Below are positions 1 through 13,268 of a stretch of 64,000 nucleotides of DNA, in pieces. The notes below the pieces were generated by a model, which saw only the letters and a program-made list of their open reading frames with translations, had not been told where the DNA came from and searched no databases. This stretch comes from Isurus oxyrinchus (lineage: Eukaryota): positions 96,844,001 to 96,908,000 of the forward strand of contig JANJGN010000021.1 of assembly GCA_026770705.1 (NCBI GenBank), given 5' to 3'. Within the stretch, counting starts at the first letter, position 1. The number at the start of each line of letters is the position of its first letter. Both the position numbers and the translations under genes were made by a program.

Positions 1-20
1 CTTATATTTTGTTAAATTAA

Positions 21-92
21 TTCCCTGGACCAGAAAACACCGTGGGCCGTGGTGGTGAGAGGGCAGAATACTAACCACTAGGCGCAAAGGCA
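21..92 (-). pseudogene. tRNA-Glu(CTC) pseudogene
   Basis: Reverse complement aligns end to end with vertebrate tRNA-Glu(CTC): CTAGTGGTTAG A-box, CTCTCAC anticodon loop, CAGGGAA 3' end. T-arm/B-box and acceptor stem are heavily mutated. Confidence 0.75.
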
Positions 93-659
93 ACGGTAGT
101 GATTGTTGTTCTAATTCAACTAACAGTCTTCACTTGTATATGATTTTAACTTCCTGTGCTGCATATGAATGCATTTTGTGACTTGTCGGTTACAGATCTA
201 TTTACTCGGATTTGCTTTCTTTGTTCAATTATTCGACTGAATTCTTTGTTTTTACTTGGAACATTTTTTATGCCTATTTATTTCTCCTTTTTAATCAATT
301 ATTCTTAAATACGTTATTACATAACACACGTGCACCCAGATACAGAGAAACAACATATAGAAACGCACAATTATTCAGATCTGACACACTTTTACATCCA
401 AAATCCGTTTGCAAGTATTGCAATTTTTATCATAAATATTTATATATTTAGGGTCTGACGCAATCCAATTCCAAGATGCCATAATAGCTACGTTGAAGGT
501 GCGGTAGAAAAGCAAGTTATGGTAGTTAAAAACGCTAAGAGATCAAATTTCTATACCTCCAATATTTGCCATATCCGCTCTGTAACTTGCATTTGCGAGC
601 CTACCAAGAGATACAATTATTGCATTCTCTCGGGTGGATCGGAAGAACACTATTTCTTG

Positions 660-1372
660 GATAATAAGAACAAAACATGCTGGCGAAAACTCAGCAAGTA
701 AGGTTGCATCTGTGGAGAGACACAGGGTTAACGTTGCAGGTCTGTGACCTTTCAACAGGACTAAATAAAGACAGGAATCTAAGACTTTTGAAGCCAGTGG
801 AAGGGGAGAAGGAAGAGGAACCACAAAGGAGAAGGACTCTCATGGGGTGTGGGACAGGGAGTTTAAAAAACAAAAAACGTCATGATGCAACAGCTAAAAG
901 GAATGGTCATGGATATCATAAAGAAATAACAGTTGTGTCAAAATGGGGCGTAACTTGTTATATTAAAACCACCTGAATGCAACATGAAGCGATAAAGAAA
1001 GAAGCCAGGCAAAACAAACGCAGAAAAACAAAAACGAGTGGCAAAAAAAAACCACACAGAACAAGATGGAGACCGAGGCTGTGAGCTAAAGCTTTTGGAC
1101 TGAATGTTGAGTGCAGAAGGCAATAGAGTATCGAGAGTAAAGATAAAGCGCTGTTCCTCGAGCTTGCTTCACTAGTCACTGTAGCAGGCTTTAGAGTGCT
1201 GGGTAAGCATGAGAGGGGAATGGAGAATTAAAATGACAAGCAACTAGAAGCAAAGCAATCGATCAGCCTGCAATTGTTCTCGCCACACTTTGAACAGCGT
1301 GCACAGTATAATAAATTGAAAACAGTACAAATAAATCACCGTTTCACTTGGAAGGAGTGTTTGGGCCTTGTT
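660..1372 (-). mobile_element. Penelope-like element 3' part (decayed GIY-YIG region plus terminal repeat with degenerate hammerhead)
   Basis: Minus strand ~1370-1270 reads QGPKHSFQVKR*FICTVFNLLYCARCSKCG, like the PLE zinc-binding/GIY-YIG linker. Terminus at 726-760 is agtcCTGTTGAaaggtcacagacctGCAAcgTTaac. Confidence 0.7.
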
Positions 1373-1469
1373 TCTCGATTCCTAAGCCTAAATAACTGAA
1401 ATGATTTTCTGACCTTATCCTGAACTCATGGAGACCAAGAACCTCGTCTCATCTACACGTCTGAAAAAG

Positions 1470-2075
1470 TCTTCATTTATTGTGTACTGTCTTTCTATTT
1501 TAGTCCTTCCTAAGTACATCATTTCGTACATTGAATTTTATGTATTTCTCAATATGCTGTTTAATTTGTGATTTCCATCTCCTCGAGCTTGTGTTTTGGA
1601 CTAGTGGCTGAACTCAGAAATGTTTCTATGTCGCTTCATCTCCTCAGTGTCCGAAATCCTATCGACTTCAGCTTTAAACATACTCATGCCCTGTGTACTC
1701 AGCTCTCTGCGATAGAGAATATCAAGCGTTCAGGAATCTCTGAATGAAGAAATTCCCCCTCATCTTTCATTTTCTGAGCTTGAGTGAAGAGGCCCTTTTT
1801 ACTCAATCTCTGCTTGTAGATCAGCCGTATCATCCCGGGAATGAATCCAAGGAGCTTTCACTACACCACCTCTGATGCAAGTATTTTCTTCTCCAGGTAA
1901 GACCGTAATTGCGGTGAACTTCATTTGTATTCTCATCAAAGCCCGATAAAATTGCAACAAGACTTCCTTATTTATAAATTCCAAGTTGCTTACAATAAAG
2001 TCTGACGCAACATTTGCCTTCTGAATCGCTTGCTATCCTTGGATGGTGAATTTGTCTGAATCGTGCACTATGACA
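1470..2075 (-). mobile_element. old CR1 LINE 3' fragment
   Basis: Decayed ORF2 C-terminus (EFINKEVLLQFYRALMRIQMKF, similar to IEYKSKEVMLNLYKTLVRPHLEY). Confidence 0.6.
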
Positions 2076-2261
2076 TCCAAATTTGCCTCATTTACTATTC
2101 TCCCTCCTGACCAACCCGTTTTGCGTTTCAACACCAGCCCTTTCTTCAGTAAATCTTTCAGTTTTCTTTTTCGCCCTCTTCATCTATTTCTAATTATCGA
2201 GCTCTGTTACCCGCCGACCCATTACTACAATTTCAAGGATTCATAAGCTTGTTATGTAGGC

Positions 2262-2333
2262 GGTTAGGTGGCCAAGTGGAAATTTGTTGATATTATTAAC
2301 TAAAGATCGCAGGTTGGATTCCCGTCCGTCTCT
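2262..2333 (+). pseudogene. tRNA-Thr(CGT)-derived pseudogene
   Basis: 72 nt colinear with tRNA-Thr(CGT): GGTGGCCAAGTGG A-box, AAGATCGC variable loop, CCCGTCCGT 3' end. Anticodon arm and B-box (GGTTGGATTCC) are mutated. Confidence 0.7.
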
Positions 2334-3019
2334 AGAAGCCAGCTTTGGACTTCGATTCCTGCTCCCCGCACTTCACCTACTAAGCGATCTATTACAAATA
2401 TACGTTCTGTGTCCACGATGTTTGACATTGCTTCGCTTACATCTAACTAGGCAAAATTAATACGCTGAAATACTTCACATTTAGTTCCTGGTTCGTCTCT
2501 ACCCTTTATTCCTTTTCCAGGAGATTATACAGTTCCAGACTTGATTCCAGGATGGTATGTTACCTCCCTGGTGCAAAATCAACAACTGCAGACTGCCGAT
2601 TCGAGAGATGAAGTGATGGTACTAGACTTTACGGTGAGCCTCACTGAATGTTACATTTTCAGAAAGATATAAGTGATTGGGTTCAAATAAACCAATAGAA
2701 AAGTTGTTATTATTCCATATCGCGCCGCGTGAAGCATCATTTAATTTGCGGCTATTTCATCGGTGGTATCAGTGAAGGAAAAAAAATCTGAACACATTGG
2801 GCCATTTAATAACGTCTTATCTGCGTCTAATATCTTAATTTCTGTTGACCGATTTTTAAAAAAATATATATATAAAACACCTCTTTAGGTGTCCTTGCCC
2901 CTGCATATTGGCGCCAGGCTGTGCTCTCCCTGATATCGCTGTCAAGCCGTTCTTGTTCCTGCTGCAACAGACCAGCTTCACTTGTCAGAAGTAAAACATG
3001 TTTAACGTGTCCATTAATT

Positions 3020-3350
3020 TTGCTGAAAATAGCTTTTCGTCTTGCATTCATCAGGACACTTGCCAAGAATACCAATAAAGGGGAAAACAACAATTTATAA
3101 TGTGTGAGAAGAGAGTGCTGGTTAGTTGGCAAGTGGAATCTGGTTCTAGAGGAGGTGCCCTGGAGAATGCATCAGTGATGGCGACAGACAGTTAACTGCC
3201 AACAATTGTTTGAAATTTGTGCATTTGCGTGTATGAGAAGCTACTTAAATTAATGCGGTGGGCCCTGTTCTTTGCAGACAGAAAGAACATAAACACACCT
3301 TGTGCCTGTTTCAGCTGAACAAAAGAAGTGACAGCCAGTCGCTGACTCAG
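3020..3350. mobile_element. Penelope-like element: inverted terminal repeat (-, 3020-3220) joined to ORF C-terminus (+, 3220-3350)
   Basis: Minus strand tgtcCTGATGAatgcaagacGAAAagct at 3031-3058. Plus strand GPVLCRQKE, the same family as the insert at 18142-18449. Confidence 0.65.
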
Positions 3351-3539
3351 TGCTGGGGCTGTACAGGGCGTTGTACTTCCAAAGTCCTGCTGCGGTTTTC
3401 CAGGTCTATTTCTATAGACGGCAATGCTGGGAGTTGTGTAGATCTATGTTCCAGCAATATAATGCTGGAATTAGTACTGGCCTGTGTCCTTACCGTGCTT
3501 GGGGTGTTTACAGGTACTATTTCCCGTCATGCTCGCTCC

Positions 3540-4260
3540 AAACTCATCCAGTCCATGAGAATCACCTCCTGCTCCCTTGACACTATTCCCAGTAAACTTA
3601 TAACTACAAAAGCTCCCCTGCTGGTCCACTTGATGGTTGTCTTTCTTTAGGTAATGGTCCTCTCTCCTTTAAAGCTGGTGTAATCACCTCGCTCCTCAAA
3701 AAGACAAAAAAATCTCTCAGCATCCTTGCAAACTGCATACCCACCTCCAACCTCCCCTTCCTCTCCAAACCCTTTGAACATGTTGTCATCTCCCAAATCC
3801 GATTCCATCTTTTCTGGATCTCCATGTACGAATACCTGCAATAAGATTTCTGGCCCTGTCAAAATCACACATCACATTCTATGCAACAGTGAGAAAGTTA
3901 ACAAATCTCCTCCTACTTTTCAACCTGTCTGCAGTCTGTGTCATGGTCAATCACACCATCCTCTTCCGATGGCTTTCAACCAATCATCAGCTTGGCGGGA
4001 GTGCGGAGGGGAGTGCGGGGGGGAGGGAGGCAGTGGGGAGGTTGGGTGGGGGAAGTTGAACTTGCCTGGTTCCATTGTAACTTCTTTAACTGTAGCCAGA
4101 GAACCACCTGCGATGGCTTCACCTGTTCTTGCACCTTAGCCTCTGGTGCCCAATAAGGATCTATCCTTGACACCTCCTATTTCTCATCTACATGGCAACA
4201 AGGATCTGAAAATACATTAGTTTTTTATATGTATGGTGATAAATCTCAGTTCTACTTCAC
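3540..4260 (+). mobile_element. L2 LINE reverse-transcriptase fragment
   Basis: SCSLDTIPSKLIT and NCIPTSNLPFLSKPFEHVV motifs, resembling L2 YRPISNLPFLSKVLE. Multiple frameshifts. Confidence 0.7.
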
Positions 4261-4369
4261 CACCCAGTGGCATTCAGTCAATTAAAGGACATCAAGGGGG
4301 CAAGAAATGGATATGGCTTTGAAGGGACAGAACCTACAGTGACAGCAGCAAAGTTTCAATGTGATAGGG

Positions 4370-4560
4370 AGAGAAGGGGAACGAGTGCCTGAATGAAACT
4401 GGTGGAAGGGTGAATGAGTGCCAGTATAAAATTGGAAGCGTGAGGGTGTTGTGACCGTGTGAAATTGGAGGGAGGGACAAGGCATATCAGTATGAAATTG
4501 GAAGGAGTGGAGTGTCAGTATGAAATCGGAAGGAAAAAGGAGGGCACAGCCTTGAACTGG
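4370..4560. repeat. degenerate minisatellite (gtgtcagtatgaaattggaagg-like core)
   Basis: About 6 diverged copies of (a/g)tgaaa(t/c)tgga followed by a G/A-rich spacer. Confidence 0.6.
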
Positions 4561-5889
4561 GGACAGAAGGTGAAGGAAAGTACCAAAGCAATAAAAGCAG
4601 ATAAGGAGCTCAGAAACTCTTGGCTCAGGATAACTGTGTGCTGTTTGGTGGTGCTGAATGTGAGTTGCATTTAAAGATTTTTACAAGCAAGCTATAGGTT
4701 CCATAATAAGCAGCTCAGAGGCTGATGAAGCCAAAGTGTTTGGACTCCTCCTTGTAGACTTCCCTCTTCTTCAGATATAACTGTAAGCAAAAGATAATTT
4801 GAAGCAACAACATGCCACCCAGTGAACGCACACAAGGTCACACCCTGGCTCCACTGAGTCTGCATCTCAGCAATACTCAGCAGAGGGAAATAGAGTTAAG
4901 ACCATGGATCTCTTTGCATGGAGATAATGTGAAGGAAGTCCCTGCCAAACTGCTTTCTCACATTTTGCTGGATGTCCAGCTGTGACTGCTTGCTTGCTCT
5001 CTTACCCAGAAAAGGTGTCTGTTTCTGGAGGGATCACCAGCGCGGAAAAATCATTCGAAAGACAATGTCCACCCTCATTGCAGGGAAAATAAACAAAATG
5101 GATTCATATTCCTCTTGGAAACAAAACTACTCTAAAAAAGTGAAAATCTTAGAATTCTAATGTGTGTTCATTCCCATTTTGGGTATATCAATGAGCAGTA
5201 TTGAATATTCATACTTATAATGGATAAACATGCAACAGCTATACTGGACATGTTAAACTGCTCATTATTTAAATCAGTGTTGCAGCTCCAGCAAGATTGA
5301 CTAACTGAGCTTTGTGGAAAGAGCTGACAGATGTGTTGTACTGAGGTGTGGTATCTCATGCCTGAAGAATCTGTTTCTGTCATATTGTAATTCCTTTTTC
5401 CTGTTGCTTAGTGTCAGAAATAGAAATCGAAGAGAGATGATGCTCCAATCTGTTCATTAACTGTTTGACATGCTTCTGTGCATTTCCTGTCTTAACTTAT
5501 AAAGATCCTGACTCCATGAGTTAACAATGGATTGCCAGTCTGTCCATTCTTAAGCGAGATCTGAAAAGTCATCTTTCAGCCCAACTGCCACCGTGCTTAG
5601 ATTGTGTTAGACAGCAGAGCTAATATCTTGCCTTCACTCAGTACATTTTGTGAAGCGTGAGATTGGACTTGAGGAAAAACTGAGTTTAAATCTGATAATT
5701 CCAAAATTTGGAGCTGTTTAATGATCTTTGTTTTTCACGTACTATATGGTGATGTGATCAATCAAAGCAAATTAAAAAATGTCCTTAACACAACTGAATG
5801 ATTATACAAGAATGCAATCACAGAAAGACTGTGATATTCAATATTAACTACACTCCCAATTTATCTTCTGTAAATTTTGAAATTGTATT

Positions 5890-6300
5890 TCTGATTCCCA
5901 ATTACAAATCATTTATGGAAACGGTGAACAACAGTGGTACCAGCACCCACACCCTGTGGAACAGTACTTTCTTATCTTCCACCAATACAAGTAAATACCT
6001 TAAACCCCTTGCTCTGTTTTCTGTTTTGTAACCAGCTTGACCGTCTACCTGTTCCCCAACATCCCATACTCTAACGTTAGTCATAAATGTACTGTGATAT
6101 CTATCAAAGGATTCTTGAAAATTCAAGTATATTACATGTACTGAATTACTCGTCTATCTTTCTATTATTTCTTTAAAGATTCAATAGAGTTGTTCAAGCA
6201 TCATCCTCCCTTTTGAATTCTGTGCCAATTGCTCTTTAAAATATTTTCCAGTTCTCTATGTCTTTTTATTACATCTGTAAATGAGCTTGGACATGATTTT
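5890..6300 (-). mobile_element. old CR1 RT fragment
   Basis: MNFQESFDRYH...LLFTVSINDL, a degenerate form of YMDFQKAFDKVPH...LLFTIYINDL. Confidence 0.6.
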
Positions 6301-7329
6301 CAGTGAAAGTTGATCATTTTCAGTCTGGTCAATTTTACATTCATTGTAATGGGCTTACAAAGTCAGGAAGGCATTTTAAATTGGGCATATAAATTTCTGC
6401 AGCAGCCATTTCATATGTTGTTTTTTAATTAACCATTATGCTGATTTTATATTTTACTCTAGTCATGAAACAGATGATCTTTTAGAAATGTACATTGATT
6501 AAGTTATAAGGCGAAACAATGAAATTAATAGAAAATATGTAGGAAGCATTAGAGTCTTTATTTCAAAATTACCACTGTAAAAGCTTAAGGTGCTTCTAGA
6601 AAGTTGTGGTGTCAGCAAGAATTGCTTTAGCCAAAGTAATATTTCTAACTTTTGATAAAATACGGAACATCACGGCTGCCAAGTCCTGGCTGAAGAATAC
6701 AGCTCGCTGTTCACAATCTGACCATTAACTGTCCTTTTGATCCAAGCTGTTATCTTTAAATATGTAATTAAATACCAATTAAATTAGCCTAACAATAGCC
6801 AGAACCAAAAAAATGAGCTAAAGAAACCACAATGGTGTGATGTTCATGTGAAAGGATAAAATCAGGGTCTGAGAGCAGACCTATTGCTAGCCATAGTTAC
6901 TAACAAAGAGATAACAAAAAGATTATGACTCTGCAGCCTGATCAACCATCGGAAGTCTTAAAGTCTGTTTCTGGATTTGATAAGTAGACCTCTTCTCTGT
7001 GCTCATTAATATTCTTTTGAATAACCTTCTTTTGAATTTTCGTTCTGAGAATATTGTCCGACCTATCGGGTTTAATTCTTGTTCGGACCTCAACGAGTTA
7101 AAATGAACTATTGGCAGATTGAGATGATTGGGCTTTGAATATTTTATACACCACCCAAATTCCTCAAAGTCCTAGACATCTTTGAGTACAGATATCATTG
7201 TCTTTCATACCAACCTCATTAAACTGGCTGATCTATGATTGACTGGGTTTGTTCTATCTTCCTTTTTATATAAAGGAACAACATGATATTTCTATCTGCA
7301 TTAAATTCCTTCAACTTTAAAACTAGTGT

Positions 7330-7490
7330 ATCCTGTCTGATATAAACAAACCCCACCATCACTGAAACTAATTTCCTCCATTCTGATATAAACCAATTCC
7401 ACATTCGCCGGCACCAATCTCCTCCTGTGTGATATAAATCAACCCCAGTCACTGACCCTTATCTCTTCCTGTCTGATATAAATCAAGGCA
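7330..7490. repeat. ~46-bp minisatellite x4
   Basis: Repeated cctgtctgatataaa(t/c) core at ~46-bp spacing. Confidence 0.7.
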
Positions 7491-7984
7491 CCAAGTTCAC
7501 AAAGATTAAATCCAGCCCATTACTTGTATTAGAATTGTCTCAATTCCTGTGCTGAGGAGAATGCTTTGCCAGATGGGAGTTGCCAGTTGGGAACTCTTGA
7601 TTCTCTACAATTCCCATTCCCCTTCTTTCTGGTGGACAATGGGGGCACCATTGTTTGTAATGTGCAAGTCAGTAATAATTTTCAGCAAACACTAATGGGC
7701 ACTTTCTAATTGGGGATGTTAATCAGTGAAACCTTTCACACTCTGAATTGTAGATTTTGTTTCAAATATTAATTTAGTACTGATGTATAAGTTTATAATT
7801 TTGTTGCAACCTCATTTCTGATGCAGGTCCCTGAATTATGGAGAAAGATCTGAGACAGTGGTTTTTTAAGGGAGACTGAAGTTACGAGAAGAAAATTAGC
7901 CAAATATACAGAATGTTAAACTGCAGCCCAGTTACAAAGGTTATTAATATCAGCAGAAACAAACATTGTCTGAATGAATATGGT

Positions 7985-8629
7985 TCAGTCCTGGGTGTGA
8001 TTAACAGTAGCAATAAGAGAAGATTCAAACCCCTGAAGTCTCATGTGAACTCGCTGGTGTCTCAGCAAGTTAGAAGATCGATTGAATCCCTTTTCACACA
8101 CAGAGCAGATAAATGGCCTCTCTCCGGTATGGACTCGGTGGTGTGTCAGAAGCTCGGATGAACGAGTGAATCCCTTCCTACATACAGAGCAGGTGAATGG
8201 CCGTTCCCCAGTGTGAACGCGCTGGTGTGTCAGCAGATGGGATAAGTGAGTGAATCTCTTCCCACAAACAGAGCAGGTGAATGGCCTCTCGCCGGTGTGA
8301 ACTCGCTGGTGTGCAATCAGGTGGGGCGACTGCCTGAAGCCCTTCCCACAGTGAATGCAGCTGAATGGTCTCTCATCAGTGTGAACTCGCTGATGTGTCT
8401 GGAGGATGGAGGAATGAGCAAATCCCTTCCCGCACACAGAGCAAGTGAATGGCCTCTCCCCAGTGTGGCTGCGTCGATGATTTCTCAGCTCAGATGGGTA
8501 ATTAAAGCCCTTGCCACACATGGAACAGGTGAACGGCCACTCCCCAGTGTGGTTGCGTCGATGAATTTCCAGTTTGGACGGGTAATTGAATCCCTTCCCA
8601 CAGTCCCCACATTTCCAGGGTTTATCCAT
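7985..8629 (-). CDS. C2H2 zinc-finger protein, 7 tandem fingers, no KRAB domain seen (214 aa from MDKPWKC)
   Basis: Open frame with seven CxxC-x12-HxxxH fingers joined by TGE(R/W)P or TDERP linkers. ATG at 8629, stop at 7985-7987. The exon has an acceptor ttttgcag|GATATT at 8946 and decayed upstream fingers in the 5' UTR. Confidence 0.9.
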   Translation of the reverse strand: MDKPWKCGDCGKGFNYPSKLEIHRRNHTGEWPFTCSMCGKGFNYPSELRNHRRSHTGERPFTCSVCGKGFAHSSILQTHQRVHTDERPFSCIHCGKGFRQSPHLIAHQRVHTGERPFTCSVCGKRFTHLSHLLTHQRVHTGERPFTCSVCRKGFTRSSELLTHHRVHTGERPFICSVCEKGFNRSSNLLRHQRVHMRLQGFESSLIATVNHTQD

Positions 8630-9350
8630 GATGCGGTGCCCTTGTATCTCTATCGGTTGGATGATCAGTTGAAGCCTCATTCACACATAGAACAAGACAG
8701 TTTATCCCTGCGATGAATGGCACACATAGCTGGTTAAAACTCTTTCCACAGTCAGTGCATTGGAACACTCTCTCACTCAGTTGTGTGTGTTTCAGTACTT
8801 TTCTTACAGATAGAGCAGACAAACATCTTTTCTGCCACATTCAATGGCTGATGATATTCAGATCCTGATGAACTGAATGGCTCTGTCCATCTTGATATGA
8901 TCTTTGGTTTGAGTTTGCCATCTGCAAATTCTCCCCTTCTAATATCCTGCAAAAGGAGTTTACAAAAATCCTCACTGTCACTACAGGTGAGAAATTTAAA
9001 ACAGACATTTCTAGTTTCTGTGAAACATTATTCCTAACTTTTTCAATCAAAGCAGTAAATCACCATCCCACACACTCTCCCTCCTCCCTCTGCTGAAATC
9101 CAAACCCATCGCAGTTTCTCCAATATTTTCCCTTTCGGTCGACATTTCTTCCTCACCTGAAGGTGCTGACCTGGACTGGGTTCACTTCTACATTCACTGG
9201 TTCCTCTCCCCCTCCTTCTTGACCATGCTCACTCTGGCTGGGTTCAGTTTGACACTCAACAGTTTCTCTCCAATAGGAGATTCATATGTGTCCAATCTAC
9301 CTGGTCCACCTTCTGCAGTGAGTGCAGGCAGGCTATTCCACAGTTCTCAC

Positions 9351-9496
9351 CTGACACCTCACATGTGCACTCTCCAGCAGGGTCACTGAACTTTGTCCCA
9401 ATGGCTCAGTGGGTAAAGGCACCATTCAGTGCTGAGGTTCAGGAACAGGAGCGGCTCAAGATTTATTCCTGTCTGCAAATCCTGCCCTTCCAATAC
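9351..9496 (-). other. probable 5' UTR exon of the ZNF gene
   Basis: Acceptor ttttacag|GTATTGGAAGGG duplicates the main-exon acceptor region. Donor TCAG|gtgaga. Confidence 0.5.
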
Positions 9497-10089
9497 CTGT
9501 AAAAGCTGATTGCAAGAGTCATCACTGCAAGTAGGAATAGCAGGAGGCCATTCAGCCCCTCCAGGCTGTTCCACCATTCAATTAGATCATTGCTGACTTG
9601 TGTCTTAGCTCCTTGGCATGCTACCAATAACTGCCATTTACATACATACTACCTCAACATAGTATAATGTTCCAAGCACACAAGAGTGTAAATCAGACAA
9701 AAACTGACAGTGAAGTAGGCTTTCAACTGTCAAAATTGAATTTTATGTATAATTGAAAGATTATTAAGAAAACACACAAGTTACGGGCAAAGAACATGGT
9801 CTAACTGGATCGCTGTACAAAACACTGATTGCTCAGTTTTTGCAGAATGGTGGGCGATCCTACCCAGAATGATCCGCACAGTAGATATGGCTGTAGTAAG
9901 AGGCCCAATGCACTGGCATGTGAAGGCTCCAAATCCGGAGACAGCCTGTTTGTGCAGAGCACATGCGATGGCCCAGGAGTGCAGCTTCAGCAATACCAAA
10001 TGCAGGTCTCAGGTCCTGAATCAGAGCCACTCAGCCAGGCGGAAACGTGGCAAGGTCCTGGGGAGGCATCATTAATCTGATGTTCGTTG

Positions 10090-10290
10090 CCTCCCTTATC
10101 CTCGCTGTTGCTTCCCGGTTTTGTCCTTCATGTCCACCCAGTCCGACTTGTAAAGAAGCCACCCAGAATTCCCTGCAACTGGCCCTGGGAAACATGCGCG
10201 CTGTGGACAGCTGGGGAAATAAGTACATAGGATAAAGTGGTTTCTGGGGTGCAGAGAATTGTGGGAGCTGTGGCTGCCATTAATTAGTGG
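10090..10290 (-). promoter_or_regulatory. putative promoter of the minus-strand ZNF gene
   Basis: ZNF143/SBS-like TCCCACAATTCTCTGCACCCC (10246-10266, -), second SBS-like site at 10162-10179, NRF1-like CATGCGCGC (10193-10201). Homologous to 16285-16510 in inverted orientation. Confidence 0.5.
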
Positions 10291-10461
10291 CTGTAGATAA
10301 GCGTTTTATTGTAAACTGGTGGAAGGTCAGTGATTGAAAATGTTAGCTATGTTGCTTTCTCCAAAGATGCTGTTGGATCTGCTGAGTGTTTCCAGTATTT
10401 GTTTTTATTTCAGACATTGCATGTGCAACACTTTGCTTTTGTTTTATTGCAGGCATTTTAT

Positions 10462-10833
10462 TGCAGCAGTGTGTACGATCTACAAGATGCACTGCAGCAA
10501 CTCACCAAGGCTCCTTAGATAGCACCTTCCAAGCCCATGACCTCGACCATCTAGAAGGACAAGTGCAGCAGATGCATGGGAAAACCATAAGCTTCAAGTT
10601 CCCCTCCAAGCCATACACTATCCTGACTTGACTACATTGCTGTTCCTTCACTGTCACTGGGTCAAAATCATGGAGCTCCTTCCCTAACAACACTGTGGAT
10701 GCACCTACACTACATGGACTGCAGCAGTTCAAAAAAGCAGCGCATCACCACCTTCTCAAGTAAATTAGGGATGGGCAATAAATGCTGCCAAGCTAGCAAT
10801 GCCCGCAATCCATGAACGAATTAATTTTAAAAA
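10462..10833 (+). mobile_element. CR1-clade LINE 3' end (family with GGGCAATAAATGCTG tail)
   Basis: AAVCTIYKMHCSNSPRLLR C-terminus plus the characteristic 3' tail. Other copies at 12276-13268 (+), ~50930-51120 (+) and 56630-57620 (-). Confidence 0.75.
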
Positions 10834-12275
10834 ATTCTTCAGTGGTGCTTTTTAATCCTCTCAGACCAGAGCCTCTTTGCTGTTGCTGTGAATCCATGTC
10901 CATCCATTGTTCTGTTCCATGTCTGCGCTCCCTGATCACCTGTCTGCCATTGTCTAAGCTCCTCTGCCTCTATCATGGATGTTTTTTAGCCATGTTTCAT
11001 ACCCTACTGTTACTTCTATCAACTATGACTAAATGAAGTTTCGACCACTGCCATCCCCATACCACTGCTTTATCTTTGTCAATATCTTTCATAGTCAGGA
11101 ACTGTTTCTCCAGCATTAAATGCCATTTTTCTTACACCTTCTGAGCTTTTATTGATAATGGATTTCTGCACCATGTTTATTCCCCATTATTCATTCTGCA
11201 CACCCTGAAATGTTACCTTTGCTTTTCTCTCTCTGCAGATATTCTGTGACCTCAGAAGCCAAGAATGGTTACAGCACAGAAGGCCATTCAGCTCATCATG
11301 TCTGTGCTGGCTCTTCAAACGAGCAGTTTCCTTAGTGTCACTCCCCACCTTCTCCCCGCAGCCCTGCCTATTCTTCCTTTTCAAATAAACAAATTCCCAC
11401 TTGACTGCCCTGATTGAACTTCCCTCCACCGCACTCCCTGGCACTGCATTCCAGATCTCAGCCACTCAATGCGTGAAAAGGTTTTCCCTCTTGTCTAAAT
11501 CAGTGCCGTTTGCTTCTTGATCCTTCCATCAATGAGAAGTTTCTCCCTATCTTTTCCGTCCAGACCCCTCATGATTTTGAACACTTCTATCAAATCTCCA
11601 TTCAACCTTCTCTTCTCCGTGGAGAACAGTCCCAACTTCTCCAATCTATCTATGTAACTGATAACCTTCATCTCTGCAACCATTCTCGTGAATCATTTAT
11701 GCACCTTTAATTACTTCACGTTCTTCCTAAAGTGTGGTGCCCGGACGCAATACTCCAGTTGAGGTCAAAATTGTGTACTATACAAGTTTAACATAACTTC
11801 CCTGCTTTTAAGACTCTATGACCCTTTGATGAAGGCCAGGATGCTGTATGCTTCATTAACCACGCTCTCAACCTGTCCAGCTGCCTTCAATAATTTGTGC
11901 ACAGATACACCCAGATACCTCTGCTACTGCACACCCTCTAAAGTTGGCCCCTTTATTTTATATTGTTCTTTGGTATTCCTTCTACCAAAGTGAATCACTT
12001 GACATCTCTCTGCATTGAACTTCATATGCCATTTGTCCACCCATTGCACCAACCTGTCTATGTCATTTTGAAGTTCTACACTAACCTCCTCACAGTTCAC
12101 AGTGCTTCCAAATTTAGTATCATTCACAAATTTTGAAATTGTGCCCCATGCACCAAGGTTTAGGGCATTAATATACATTGGGAAGAGCAAGTGTCCTAAC
12201 ACCAACCCCTGGGGAATTCCAATATAAACCTTCCTCCAATCCGAAAAACAAACATTCACCATTATTCTCTATCTG

Positions 12276-13268
12276 GCATCACTGCAGGAGCTCCTTGGGA
12301 TAGTGTCCTTGGCTCAACCACCTTCAGTTGCTTCATCAGTGACCTTCCTTCCATCATAAGGTCAGAAGTGGAGATGTTCGCAGATCATTACACAATGTTC
12401 AGCACCATTCATGACTCCTCAGATACTAAAGCAGTCCATGTCCAAACTCAGCAAGACCTGGACAATATCCAGGCTTGGGCTGACAAGTGGCAAGTAACAT
12501 TCATGCCACACACGCCAGGTAATGACCATCTCCAACAAGAGCGAATCTAACCACCGCCACTTGATGTTCAATGGCATTACCATCATTGAATTTCCCCACT
12601 ATCAACATCCTGGGGGGTTACCATTGACCAGAAACTTAACTGGACTAGCCATAAAAATACTGTGGCTTCAGGGGCAGGTTCGAGGCTAGGAATCCTGTGA
12701 TGAGTAACTCACCTCCTGACTCCCCAAAGCTTGTCCACCATTTACAAGGCACAAGTCAGGAATGTGACGGAATGCTCCCCACTTGCCTGGATGAGTGCAG
12801 CTCTCACAACACTCAAGAAGCTTGACAACATCCAGGACAAAGTAGCCCACTTGATTGGCACCACATCCACAAACATTCACTTCCTCCACCACTGATGGAC
12901 AGTGGCAGCAGTGTGTGCAATCTACAAGATGCACCGCAGGAATTCACCTTCAAGAGTACCTGCCAAACACACGACCGATACTATCTAAAAGGGCAAGGGC
13001 AGAAGATAGATGGGGTCACCACCATCCGGCAGTTCCCCTCCAAGTCACTCACCATCCTGACTTGGCAATATATTGCTGTTCCTTCACTGTCGCTGGGTCA
13101 AAATCCTGGAACTCCCTTCCTAACAGCACTGTGGGTGTACGTGCACCACATGAACTGCAGCGGTTTAAGAAGGCAACTCACCACCACCTTCTTGAGGGCA
13201 ACTAGGAATGGGCAATAAATGCTGGCCCAGCCAGCAAAGCCCACATCCCGTGAATGAATTTTTAAAAA
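12276..13268 (+). mobile_element. 5'-truncated CR1-clade LINE nested in the CR1 above
   Basis: MFADHYTMFSTI RT motif through the GGGCAATAAATGCTGG tail and A-tract. Confidence 0.75.

Noticed and set aside
8246-8716. 156-aa repetitive ORF on +
   Set aside because: Antisense shadow of the zinc-finger array.
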